Shown piece by piece: positions 16,223-25,986 of a stretch of DNA of 64,000 nucleotides. Under the pieces are notes generated by a model, which saw nothing but the letters and a program-made list of their open reading frames with translations, was not told the DNA's origin and searched no databases. Position numbers and translations under genes: made by a program. The number at the start of each line of letters is the position of its first letter. Position 1 is the stretch's first letter. Location of the stretch: positions 3,676 through 67,675 of the forward strand of contig DAIOVL010000015.1 in assembly GCA_036759025.1 (NCBI GenBank), read 5' to 3'. This stretch comes from Bacteroidales bacterium (lineage in GTDB: Bacteria; Bacteroidota; Bacteroidia; Bacteroidales; VadinHA17).

Positions 16223-19090
16223 TCAGAAACCAGCCAGGAAAGAGGACAGATTAATTTCTCTGGGAAGGTTCAGTTTCTTACGGAGGCGATAGCGGCTTAC
16301 TTCTGCCCCTCTGTAGGATATGTTTAAGATAGTCGCGATTTCTTTGGTCGGTATGTCCATTTTTATAAAAGCGCAAATCCTGAGATCATAGGGAGTAAGA
16401 TCAGGGAATTTATCTTTCAGCCTTCTGAAAAATTCTTCATTGGCTTCATCAAAATAACTTTCGAAGATCTTGTTCTGTTGCTTAATATCTATTTCTTTGT
16501 TAATCTTTTTCTTAAGGCCTGAAATCTTTGCTCTGGCCTGATCATTGACAACAAAATCCTGTATACCGTACAACTCTTCATGGATCCTTTTCAGAAACTT
16601 ATTCTTTTCGATGATAGCCATGGTCTGATTTGCAAGTTCTTTATCGCGATATACCATTTCCGACCTTAACTTCTCATTCTCAAGATCCAGTATTTTTTTC
16701 TCGGAAAGGAGGGATTGCTGTCTGTGCCTGTATTGCTGTTCCTCCATCTCCCTCCTTAATTTCTCCTTTTCTCTGGCAGCTGCTTTCCCTGCCCGGTACA
16801 GAACATATTGAACTACAGAATAAATAAGAGCTGTAAAAAGAAAGACGTAAATAAACCATGCATACGTTGATCGCCACCAGGGAGCTGATATCTCGAATTT
16901 AAATGAAGCAGGCTCACTTTCCACACCGTAACTGTTCCTGGCCTTAAGTTTAATTTCGTAGCTGCCTTCGCTGAGATTGTTAAAATCCTTATAATTTTCT
17001 GTCGACCAGGCAGACCAGTCTTGGGAGAAGTTTTCCAGGAACCAGCTGAACATCAATGGTCTTTCATTCTCAAAAAATGGTGATGCAAAATAAAAGCGGA
17101 ATGAATTGTTTTTCCAGGGGAATTCATATCCGGTCAGGTGTTCATCACCCCACAGATATAGCGGATAATCAAGATAGTCTGTCTCGACGCGTGTAATATA
17201 AGCGGAGAACTCCCTGTTGTAAAGTTTTGGTACAGAAGGATTATAGTTAACAAAACCTTCTTCTATACCCATAAAAATATTTTCAGTGTCAAAGGGGTAT
17301 ATAAATTCAAATTCATTCACAAATTTGTCTTTGAGTTTTCTCAGGGGCACAGTAACCCTGGTGTAAGTCATATCTTCATTTTTCCTTAAGTAGCCTGATT
17401 CTGATTCAGCAATGAACCAGGTGTAGCCACTGGAGGCTGAGGCAACATATTTGATCTTGCCGGAACTGCCAAATATTTCATTCATCTCCACCGAAGGGAT
17501 GAACCTGACGTCCGAATCATCGTATTTAAATATTCCTTCATCTGTTGAAACAAATATCCTGTTGTCAAATTCAAACAGTATGTTACCTGTGGGCGATGGC
17601 AGACCCGCTTCATCATTAAAACTGATTATTTCCGTAATCTTATCAAAGCTGTCGTTTAATTTCAGCCTGATAATGCCTCTGCCGCTATGGCCAATCCAGA
17701 AAAAGCCTTCCATATCCTGAAAAAGATACCTGCTCGATTCTTCAAAGCCCTTAATTTTTCTGAGGAATGTCCACCGGTCATTTTTATTTTCAAATAAGGC
17801 CAATCCGTTATAATGTCCTCCGATGAGCATTTGGGGATTACCCTTTACCGGGATGAATTTCCATGCACCCTCCAGGCCTGAAATTTTTGAAGCTTTTGTG
17901 CCGTTCACCAGGTATGTGCCATTATGATGACCGCACAGGAGCTGGCCTGCCTGAACTTCCAGGGTCCATACCTGTCCGGCTGTATTATCAACCAACTCAA
18001 ATCCGGATGTACCTGCTTTTTTGTCGAACGGTACTACATATAGCCCCTGGTTCGTTCCCAGATACAAATTACCGTTGAATACCCTGCAACAGTATCCTGT
18101 TCCTATAATATTTGATCCTGTATAAGACAAAGGTGAGTTTATTTCAACATAGTCAATTCCATTATCGAGTCCCAGCCAAAGATTTTCACTATTGTCGACG
18201 AACAGACTCAGGATTGTGTTGTTTTGCAATCCACGCTCTGTATTCAGTGTCTGAAGAATATTCCCGTCTGAATCCGCTATTATCAGACCCCGCAGTATCG
18301 TACCAAAAGCGTAACGGTTATCCGGAAGTCTGACGGCACTATAAAGTCTGGCACTCTTTAATAATTCATTCACAGGCGTTTCCCAACTTTTTACCCGGCC
18401 ATTTTCGAAGATAAAAACACCTTCGTTAGTGGTGCCGACAAGGATCTTTTCATTATCTGATTCAAGTACTGAGTTTATTTCCCTGCCATTTTGTTCCTCC
18501 CACCAGTCAGCTTTTACCAGTTTATTGCCGGCAATTTCATATAATCCGGCTCCGGGCTCATGAACCAGGATTTTATCACTGAGCCTGAAGGAAAAACGGA
18601 AACGGGTCAGGGGTTTAATTACTTCAATGGTATCGTTAGCATAAAGGAATATATAATCATAACACTGGAATATAATTCCATCGCCTGTTTCGTGGATCCT
18701 CCATATCTCATCAAAATCCCTGTATTCTTCGGGAAGCAGGTTTTTCAGGCTGACATACGAAGATGGCTTATCTCCGCTTCGGCTCACGATGCCGAAATCA
18801 TTTATCAATCCTGCACAAATCCTGTTTTTACTGTCGACAAGGATGCTTCTCAGGGGTGATATTGATGATATTTTTGTCAGATTCCATTCTACCCCGTCAA
18901 AAGACAACAAGCCGTCATTATTTGCAAAATGGATGAAGCCTTTGGTGTCCTGACATATCCCCCAATTCTGTGTATCTGCCTTATAATCCGATTTGTGGAA
19001 ATTCCTTATCTGAGGAGTTCCCCTGTACGTTTCCCTGCCAGAAGTTGCAATTGATAAGAAGAGCAGGAATATGGCCAGTATTTTTGACAT
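16223..19090 (-). CDS. Membrane-spanning one-component regulator: periplasmic beta-propeller (Reg_prop) repeats, Y_Y_Y domain, TM helix, coiled coil, LuxR/GerE-type HTH
   Basis: 955-aa ORF with a signal peptide. Y_Y_Y-like region FRFYFASPFFENERPLMFSWFLENFSQDWSAW...GSYEIKLKARNSYG. TM helix YAWFIYVFLFTALIYSVVQYVLY. C-terminal HTH TKEIATILNISYRGAEVSRYRLRKKLNL. No histidine-kinase or receiver motifs. Confidence 0.8.
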   Translation of the reverse strand: MSKILAIFLLFLSIATSGRETYRGTPQIRNFHKSDYKADTQNWGICQDTKGFIHFANNDGLLSFDGVEWNLTKISSISPLRSILVDSKNRICAGLINDFGIVSRSGDKPSSYVSLKNLLPEEYRDFDEIWRIHETGDGIIFQCYDYIFLYANDTIEVIKPLTRFRFSFRLSDKILVHEPGAGLYEIAGNKLVKADWWEEQNGREINSVLESDNEKILVGTTNEGVFIFENGRVKSWETPVNELLKSARLYSAVRLPDNRYAFGTILRGLIIADSDGNILQTLNTERGLQNNTILSLFVDNSENLWLGLDNGIDYVEINSPLSYTGSNIIGTGYCCRVFNGNLYLGTNQGLYVVPFDKKAGTSGFELVDNTAGQVWTLEVQAGQLLCGHHNGTYLVNGTKASKISGLEGAWKFIPVKGNPQMLIGGHYNGLALFENKNDRWTFLRKIKGFEESSRYLFQDMEGFFWIGHSGRGIIRLKLNDSFDKITEIISFNDEAGLPSPTGNILFEFDNRIFVSTDEGIFKYDDSDVRFIPSVEMNEIFGSSGKIKYVASASSGYTWFIAESESGYLRKNEDMTYTRVTVPLRKLKDKFVNEFEFIYPFDTENIFMGIEEGFVNYNPSVPKLYNREFSAYITRVETDYLDYPLYLWGDEHLTGYEFPWKNNSFRFYFASPFFENERPLMFSWFLENFSQDWSAWSTENYKDFNNLSEGSYEIKLKARNSYGVESEPASFKFEISAPWWRSTYAWFIYVFLFTALIYSVVQYVLYRAGKAAAREKEKLRREMEEQQYRHRQQSLLSEKKILDLENEKLRSEMVYRDKELANQTMAIIEKNKFLKRIHEELYGIQDFVVNDQARAKISGLKKKINKEIDIKQQNKIFESYFDEANEEFFRRLKDKFPDLTPYDLRICAFIKMDIPTKEIATILNISYRGAEVSRYRLRKKLNLPREINLSSFLAGF

Positions 19091-19439
19091 GGCATTTATA
19101 ATAACCTGTTAAAAATACCAATAAAAATCTTAGTTTGGTCTGTGACTCTTGAATATTAGACTAATAAACCTTTTTCCTTGAAATGGGATATAAAATTCTC
19201 TCCCGGAGAAGGAACTTAAAGTATAGCTTTACCAGGGACAGGATCATCATGCGCAACTGGCAGGAATGAAAGCAGGCCCTTAGATACAATGTCAGACTAC
19301 TTATATTTGACTATGATCAGACAATATTCTAACTTTGATAAACAAAATAGTGATACTCTGATGCCAGACAATATGGAAGGATTCGGGTATTATATCATAT
19401 CAGCTGCAAACCCTCACCTGAGTTTAATAAACTATAACC

Positions 19440-20720
19440 ATGAATAAGAAATTCTTCTTGCTTATACTTCTTCTGTGTGCTTTTTTATGTTCAGCCACCG
19501 GGCAGAAAATCCAGGATAATCCGGAGATTGACATGATGCTTATACGAGGAGATTACGAAAGGGTAATTGACACATGCGACCTGGTGCTGCAAAATGACAG
19601 CCTGAATGCCCCGATCTGGTATAAGAAGGGCCTTGCATACCAGAATATCCTTCCAGACGATAAATCGTTCGATTGTTTCCTTAAAGCATCAGAGATTGAT
19701 CCTGATAATAATCTGTACAGGTACATGGTCGCAAAGGATTATTATGGCAGGGGACAAAACATGAAAGCCAGGCCCCTGCTGACAGAATTATGTGCTTCAG
19801 ATTCAATGAACTGGAGATATGCCTTCTACCTGACCGGGATGTATCTGAAGGATGGAAAATATGATGATGCGATAAATGTCTATCAAAGATTTTATGACAG
19901 GGACTCAACAAATTATATCATTCTCGACAAGCTGGGTTATGCCTTCTTTAAGAAGGGTGAATATCTGACTGCCATAGATTTCTATAACAGGTCTATGGCA
20001 ATCAGGGAGAATAATATCAGTACCATAAAGAACCTTTCGTACCTGTACCAGACTGTAAACAGGCCGGATACTGCCATCATCCTGCTTACCAGGGGCATTG
20101 AGCTTGATCCTTATGACATCGACCTTTATATCAGACGTGGATCAATCTATTTTTCCAGGGGCAACAGCAGAGCGCGGGCAGATTATCTTAAAATCCTCAG
20201 TCTTGGAGATTCCAGTGCGCTATACCTGAAGAGGGCCGGGATAGGTTTTTATAGTAAAAATGAATATTTGATGGCAATCAGGTATCTGAATATTGCAAGT
20301 AAAAAGGATACAACAGATTATGAAACACTGGAATTGCTGGCCAAGAGTTATCATGAACTAAATGATCTTAAAAAGACCGAATATTATTATAACAAGATCA
20401 TTGATGTTCTTGGTCCCGCAGTTATTCAGCTCAGTGCAACGCATTCAACACTTGGCAATGTATATATTGAAGATAAAAATTATAATGAGGCGATAGCTAA
20501 TCTCCTTAAAAGCGATCACTACTATAAGAATCCTGGTATGATATGGATTGTTGGATACCTTTATGATGAAAAACTGAATAATCCATCAAAAGCAATTTAT
20601 TACTACAGGCAATGTCTTACCGATAACCGAAACTCCGGATATCCTTACAGCGAAGATGAACTCAAGAATGTAAGGGACAGGCTGGAATACCTTGAAAAAC
20701 AGCAGAAGGCGGGTAAATAA
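19440..20720 (+). CDS. Secreted tetratricopeptide-repeat (TPR) protein
   Basis: 426-aa ORF with signal LLILLLCAFLCSATGQ. It contains multiple 34-aa TPR-like units (WYKKGLAYQNI..., LGYAFFKKGEYLTAIDFYNRSM..., LELLAKSYHELNDLKKTEYYYNKI). Confidence 0.7.
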   Translation: MNKKFFLLILLLCAFLCSATGQKIQDNPEIDMMLIRGDYERVIDTCDLVLQNDSLNAPIWYKKGLAYQNILPDDKSFDCFLKASEIDPDNNLYRYMVAKDYYGRGQNMKARPLLTELCASDSMNWRYAFYLTGMYLKDGKYDDAINVYQRFYDRDSTNYIILDKLGYAFFKKGEYLTAIDFYNRSMAIRENNISTIKNLSYLYQTVNRPDTAIILLTRGIELDPYDIDLYIRRGSIYFSRGNSRARADYLKILSLGDSSALYLKRAGIGFYSKNEYLMAIRYLNIASKKDTTDYETLELLAKSYHELNDLKKTEYYYNKIIDVLGPAVIQLSATHSTLGNVYIEDKNYNEAIANLLKSDHYYKNPGMIWIVGYLYDEKLNNPSKAIYYYRQCLTDNRNSGYPYSEDELKNVRDRLEYLEKQQKAGK

Positions 20721-20820
20721 CTATCAGCCGGAAGTCTGGTCCGAACATTTGAATCAGTGTAATTTGCCCTTCGGGCGTAATTCGCAATGTGATACAGTAT
20801 ATCATTCTCACGTTTTCTAA

Positions 20821-22059
20821 TTACTCATGTCTTATCGATTCTATCGGTTTCAGATCCGCAGCTCTTTTTGCAGGGAGGTAGCCGAAGGTGATCCCCACAA
20901 GAACGGAAAAGCCGAAAGCGATGAATATTGAATAGAGGGTAAGGCTGGTTTTAACATCAGTAAGGAGTCCTATTCCCAATGAAATAATAATTCCCAGCAC
21001 GACTCCGATTATACCTCCGGTAAGGCTCATGGCAACTGCCTCGGCCACAAACTGACCCATGATATCCGATCTGCGTCCTCCCACAGCTCTTCTTATTCCT
21101 ATCTCCTGGGTCCTCTCAAGAACCGAAGCAAGCATAATATTCATGATGCCTATACCACCGACTATCAGTGAAATAGCTGCAATGGATGCAAGCAGAAGGT
21201 TATATATACGGCTCTCACGTTTTTCCTGTTCCATCAGCTCGTATGGTATAATTATGCTGAAATCATCGTTGTCGAAATGACGTCTCTTAAGGATATTACC
21301 TATTATTTCAGAAGTTGCTACCAGGTTCCCGGAGCTTTCAAGCCTGACTGTCACCTGCTTCAACTCGCTGGCCAGATCGTTGGTTTTCGGTATTCTTTTG
21401 CTGAATGTTGAAAGCGGAATATAGACATCATTGTTAAGGTCGCGTGCTGCAAGCTCACCAATGGTCTCAGTGAACAGAGCCTTTTTCTTCAATACGCCTG
21501 TAACCTCAAACCACTGATCACCCAGCTTAATGTTCTTACCGAGCGGCTCTTCATAATTAAAAAGCTCGTGGGCAATATTTGCGCCCAGGACGCATACCTT
21601 AAGTATCCTGTCGTATTGATCTTCCCTGATGAAAGTACCTTTGTCCATCCTGTAATTAAGTATCTCAGCCATCTCGGGAGTAATACCTATCAGGGTGGCT
21701 TTTGATGATTTATCCTCGAACATAGCATCGAGCTTTGCTTCCGACTGTGGAGCGATTCCCTGCACTCCCGGAACAATTTCACGAATAGCTTTTGTATCGC
21801 CAAGAGATAAGCCCTGTGAAAATTTTGTCCTTACTGTTTCAAGGTCAGCATCTGTCAGATCCTTGTCGCGAATTATAATGTTGCTTACTCCCAGGTCCTG
21901 GTATTTGGCCATTGCCTGTTTCCTGGCTCCGTCTCCTATTGATATCATGGCGATAACGGAAGCTGTTCCGAAAATTATACCGAGCATTGTCAGTAATGAC
22001 CTGAATTTATGGTCGCGAAGGCCATTGATAGCTATTCTGACACTTTCTTCAATCTGCAT
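20821..22059 (-). CDS. MacB/FtsX-type ABC transporter permease (no fused ATPase domain)
   Basis: 412-aa ORF. It has TM1 FRSLLTMLGIIFGTASVIAMISIG, then a large periplasmic insert, then three C-terminal TM helices with the FtsX signature LERTQEIGIRRAVGGRRSDIMGQF. There is no Walker A/B motif. Confidence 0.85.
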   Translation of the reverse strand: MQIEESVRIAINGLRDHKFRSLLTMLGIIFGTASVIAMISIGDGARKQAMAKYQDLGVSNIIIRDKDLTDADLETVRTKFSQGLSLGDTKAIREIVPGVQGIAPQSEAKLDAMFEDKSSKATLIGITPEMAEILNYRMDKGTFIREDQYDRILKVCVLGANIAHELFNYEEPLGKNIKLGDQWFEVTGVLKKKALFTETIGELAARDLNNDVYIPLSTFSKRIPKTNDLASELKQVTVRLESSGNLVATSEIIGNILKRRHFDNDDFSIIIPYELMEQEKRESRIYNLLLASIAAISLIVGGIGIMNIMLASVLERTQEIGIRRAVGGRRSDIMGQFVAEAVAMSLTGGIIGVVLGIIISLGIGLLTDVKTSLTLYSIFIAFGFSVLVGITFGYLPAKRAADLKPIESIRHE

Positions 22060-22069
22060 GATCTGACAA

Positions 22070-23290
22070 TTAATTTGTTAAGATATTCTCAGGCAATACC
22101 AATGACTGGCCCGGACTCAGGTCTCCGGTAACAACTGTATACATATTATTTGAGGGGCCCGGAGACACTTCAGTTTTCCTTATCTTACCCCTCCTCCTGA
22201 CAAAGAGATAATAATGCTTATTTTCCTCAACGATACAGTTATTAGGGACAAAGACTTCATCTGCGCCTTCATAGGTTATATACTCACAGCTTACCGTCAT
22301 GCCCGGCTTAAGCCTGATATCAGATTCTGACAGAAGCACCTCGGCCAGGAAGACTTTTTTCTTATCCATCTCGATACATACCTTGTTTACCCTGCTTATC
22401 TTTCCATGGAAGGGTACGGAGGGCAAAGCATCAAGACGGACAATCACGCCCAAACCCGGCTTTATTTTGCTGATGTCATTCTCAAGGACCATACTGTTTA
22501 CTTTCATGGTGCGAATATCCGGGATCCTTGCTATTGGATAGCCAATATACATTTCATCGCCCAGCTTAACCTGCTGCCCGGTACTTCTGTTCCTTTCAAG
22601 AACGAAAATCCCGTCAAGAGGGCTCAGAATCTTCAGCCTTTCCAGGGTTTCCCTTGCGGCCTTAAGCTCATCCTCTTTCTGCACAACTTTAATCTGTTGA
22701 ATGCGGTAATCAAGACTATCGAGCCTGGGCCGGAGTTCCAGCTTCCTCTTTATTTTATTAAGCCTTATTTCAGATGCCCGGAATTCCAGTTCAATTATTT
22801 TTCTTACACCTTCAGACTCGAAGGCAGAACTATTATATTGCAGCTTCTTTATATCGTAAGCAGCCTGCTCATTTCTCATCTGGGCCCTGAGATCCTGAAG
22901 ATTATTGGTCAGCTGGGCCTTCAGCTTACTGGCGGAAGCCAACTCATTCTCGAGCGATTCACTTTTCTCAATAATATATTTCTCAACAGAAGCCGGATCT
23001 AGTATTACCACGGGTTCACCTTTACGTACCTTCTCCCCGTACCCGGTCAGACCTATTATCTTGAACCTGGATCCGTATACATAGTTGATCCTTGGCATTG
23101 AAACCGTGTATGCATTCACAGCCTCCAGTTCTCCTGTTTCAATAACCGATTGCCTGAATGGACCTTTCATAACCGTGTAAGCGCTCTCCTGTTTCCCATT
23201 GCAGGAAGCAAGGGCAAGACAGTCCACTGTAAGCAAAATAACGCATGTATACTTTGTAAGGATAATTTTAAACAAGCTAACTTTCTTCAT
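22070..23290 (-). CDS. HlyD-family periplasmic adaptor (membrane fusion) lipoprotein, paralog 3
   Basis: 406-aa ORF with lipobox LALASC. Lipoyl-like hairpin GEKVRKGEPVVILD, a long coiled coil (SESLENELASASKLKAQLTNNLQDLRAQ...) and a C-terminal beta-barrel region (LKPGMTVSCEY). Confidence 0.8.
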   Translation of the reverse strand: MKKVSLFKIILTKYTCVILLTVDCLALASCNGKQESAYTVMKGPFRQSVIETGELEAVNAYTVSMPRINYVYGSRFKIIGLTGYGEKVRKGEPVVILDPASVEKYIIEKSESLENELASASKLKAQLTNNLQDLRAQMRNEQAAYDIKKLQYNSSAFESEGVRKIIELEFRASEIRLNKIKRKLELRPRLDSLDYRIQQIKVVQKEDELKAARETLERLKILSPLDGIFVLERNRSTGQQVKLGDEMYIGYPIARIPDIRTMKVNSMVLENDISKIKPGLGVIVRLDALPSVPFHGKISRVNKVCIEMDKKKVFLAEVLLSESDIRLKPGMTVSCEYITYEGADEVFVPNNCIVEENKHYYLFVRRRGKIRKTEVSPGPSNNMYTVVTGDLSPGQSLVLPENILTN

Positions 23291-23314
23291 GTCTTGCTAT
23301 ATAACAGTTATTTA

Positions 23315-24559
23315 TTAAGATCCTTCCCTTAAGCCCTTACCTGCAGCTTTTTTTTCCTTCATTTCTTCCTTTTTCAGGAAGGGATTGGAAAGAGCTATAA
23401 TATCTTCTTCATTCAGACCTTCAGTTATAATGGCAAAATCAATATTGACTGACCCGGTTTTAACTTCCTGCCGTTTAAACCCTGATCCCGACTTCAGGTA
23501 GACATAATTAACATCCTGTTCCCTGAATAGTGATTCCAGGGGGATATAAAGCACATCCGGCACTTCGTTAATAATGATCCTGCAGCTTACTGTAAGCCCG
23601 GGCAGTAGTGTTTTGCTCTGACCATCAATCCTGATCTGAACGGGAAAGATCTTGATCTTCGAATTATAATCTTTCGTCTGTGCCAGGCTGGCAACGGATT
23701 CCACACTGCCATTGTAGACAGAATCTGAATATGCGTCGGGTCTTATTTCAACCCTCTGCCCGGGCAGAACCTTCGCAATGTCGACTTCATTAATATTAAC
23801 TTCAGCCAGCATCTCTGAAAGATCAGGAAGTTCTATTAGCCTTGATCCGGAGTAGGGCTGATCGCCCACTGACCATTTCTGGTTGGTATTCCAGTTTTCT
23901 TCCTTGATAGCAATTCCATTTGCGGGGCTCACAACAAAAAGATTGTTCATGGAATAATTTGCATCTGCCAGAGTAGTTTCCAGCTGCTTGATAGACAAAG
24001 ATTTCTGAAGCAGATCCTCCCTGTTGATAATCTTCTTGTTCTCGATCTGCTCCTGGGCCCTGTTAAGAGCAATTGTAGCAGATTCAAGCCTGAGCTGGAT
24101 CTCTTTTTTTGTGGCATCAGGCTCAAATGCAGATGTCTCAAGGTTGATCTGTGCTATCTCTTTTGATATGCGGGCCGTTTCCAGGTCAGCCTCCAGATCC
24201 TCGATATCTGACTGCTGCGTTGATTTCAGCTTATCATATTCTGCAAGTGCAATCTCAAGCTGCTGTTCAGAAAGGACTATTGATTTTTTAATCTCGGCAG
24301 GATCAAACATTATTATTGTATCCCCTTTCTGAACTTCTTCACCGTCCTCAACAATCTTTGCAATTTTTAATCCTCCGTAACGGGATGAAATTGTCGGCGA
24401 TCCGATAGAAATAGAATTAACAGCTTCGATAGTACCCTGCTCGGTAAGCTCCTCCATAAAGGTACCTCTTCTTACTGCAGTAACCTGTATATCATTGGTA
24501 TCTATCCCTTTGCATGCAACAATGAGCAGCAAAAAGGGCAAAATTAATTTCCTTATCAT
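23315..24559 (-). CDS. HlyD-family periplasmic adaptor lipoprotein, paralog 2
   Basis: 414-aa ORF with lipobox LLIVAC. Same layout as paralog 3: GEEVQKGDTIIMFD, a coiled coil, then LLPGLTVSCRI. Confidence 0.8.
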   Translation of the reverse strand: MIRKLILPFLLLIVACKGIDTNDIQVTAVRRGTFMEELTEQGTIEAVNSISIGSPTISSRYGGLKIAKIVEDGEEVQKGDTIIMFDPAEIKKSIVLSEQQLEIALAEYDKLKSTQQSDIEDLEADLETARISKEIAQINLETSAFEPDATKKEIQLRLESATIALNRAQEQIENKKIINREDLLQKSLSIKQLETTLADANYSMNNLFVVSPANGIAIKEENWNTNQKWSVGDQPYSGSRLIELPDLSEMLAEVNINEVDIAKVLPGQRVEIRPDAYSDSVYNGSVESVASLAQTKDYNSKIKIFPVQIRIDGQSKTLLPGLTVSCRIIINEVPDVLYIPLESLFREQDVNYVYLKSGSGFKRQEVKTGSVNIDFAIITEGLNEEDIIALSNPFLKKEEMKEKKAAGKGLREGS

Positions 24560-24572
24560 ATGAAAGAATGAA

Positions 24573-25865
24573 TTATTTCAAATCTGGCATCTTAGTTTTA
24601 TTCTTTATAATGTTCTTATGTGAGATCAGGTTGTAAGGAGGTTCAACGAGAGCAATGATCTCGTCACCTTCCAGTCCACCTGTAATAATTGTATAGGAGC
24701 TTCCTGTAGTACCTGTTTCCACATTGACGGGGACGTAATTTTTAGATCTTTTGACGTATACCACCCTGCTGCTGTCTTTTTCAAAAACAGCAACTGAAGG
24801 AATGAAGAGAGTATCAGCAGCTTCGCTTAGAATTATCTCACAGTCTGCGCTCAGTCCGGGCTTGATCTTTGAATGACAGCTGTCGATATCAATAATGATC
24901 TCATAAGATTTTACTTTTGAACGGGAGTATCTCTGTGCCATGCTCTGAGCAAGACTTTTCCTGTTCACCCTGCCGGTTGTAAGAAGTTTTCCGGCAGCAT
25001 CAACAGTGATAAAGACCTTCTGCCCACGTTCTATCTTTTTGAAATCAGCCTCTGCCGCGCTTGCCGATATCTGCATGCGGCTAAGGTCGGGGAATTGCAG
25101 TACAGGACTGCCGCCAAAAAACGACATAAGCACACTACCTTCCTTTATCGGTCCGCCGAATGATCCTGAGCCAGTAGATGACATGACCATAACTGTCGGG
25201 GCTTCAACCCTTTGGACAATACCATCTCTCTGTGCAATCAGGGTAAGGGAATTTAGCTCATTAAGATAATTACTGGTACGGGCCTCTTCCTGTATAATTC
25301 TTGTTTTCATCTGCCTGATCCCTGTTTCAGCAATTTTCCTGGCAGCTTCAAGCTTCTTTTCTGCCTTTTGCTTTTCAATCAATGCTTTTTTCATCTCCAG
25401 TTCAAGAAGTTTCTTCCCGGTTTCTGTCGCGAATTGCATCTGAAGTGAATCGAGAGAAGATATTTTAACCTGGGCCTCGCTTGTGGCAACCTGCGACTCG
25501 AGAAGTGCTATGTTGAACCGGTTATCTGCCTCAGCTGATTTCAGCTCTGCAGCAAGTTTTTCAAGAGAGGTCACCTGCAACCTGTAGGCTGTTTCAAGCT
25601 CAGCTGACTCCAGGACACATATTGTGTCGCCTTTTTTTACAATGGCTCCATCCCTGGCAAGCCTGACTACTGTAAAGGAACCACCGGTGGCAGACCGCGG
25701 AGCCATTACCGGAGTGCTTGTCACTGCCTGGACAGTCCCGGGAATATTAATTGTCTCAGTATAGTCTGCCCTGCTCAGCCTGTAGGTCAGTAAATCGTCC
25801 CTGTTGCCGGTACAACCCATAAGGAGGATAACCATAAAACAGGTGACAAATGTGAGGGGCTTCAT
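24573..25865 (-). CDS. HlyD-family periplasmic adaptor lipoprotein, paralog 1
   Basis: 430-aa ORF with lipobox ILLMGC. Same layout again: GAIVKKGDTICVLE, a coiled coil, then IKPGLSADCEI. Confidence 0.8.
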   Translation of the reverse strand: MKPLTFVTCFMVILLMGCTGNRDDLLTYRLSRADYTETINIPGTVQAVTSTPVMAPRSATGGSFTVVRLARDGAIVKKGDTICVLESAELETAYRLQVTSLEKLAAELKSAEADNRFNIALLESQVATSEAQVKISSLDSLQMQFATETGKKLLELEMKKALIEKQKAEKKLEAARKIAETGIRQMKTRIIQEEARTSNYLNELNSLTLIAQRDGIVQRVEAPTVMVMSSTGSGSFGGPIKEGSVLMSFFGGSPVLQFPDLSRMQISASAAEADFKKIERGQKVFITVDAAGKLLTTGRVNRKSLAQSMAQRYSRSKVKSYEIIIDIDSCHSKIKPGLSADCEIILSEAADTLFIPSVAVFEKDSSRVVYVKRSKNYVPVNVETGTTGSSYTIITGGLEGDEIIALVEPPYNLISHKNIIKNKTKMPDLK

Positions 25866-25986
25866 CGGTAAAGATACAGAATTGTAAAATTAAACTAAAA
25901 ATGTAGTTTATACAAGAAATTATTGTGAATTATTTCACACCCTGATTTTACAAACTTACTGGTATGGGTCTGAAAGCAGAAAATGT

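Noticed and set aside
20721-20820. A GCCC-ttc-GGGC mini-hairpin between the convergent TPR and permease genes as a bidirectional terminator.
   Set aside because: A 4-bp stem is too weak to call.
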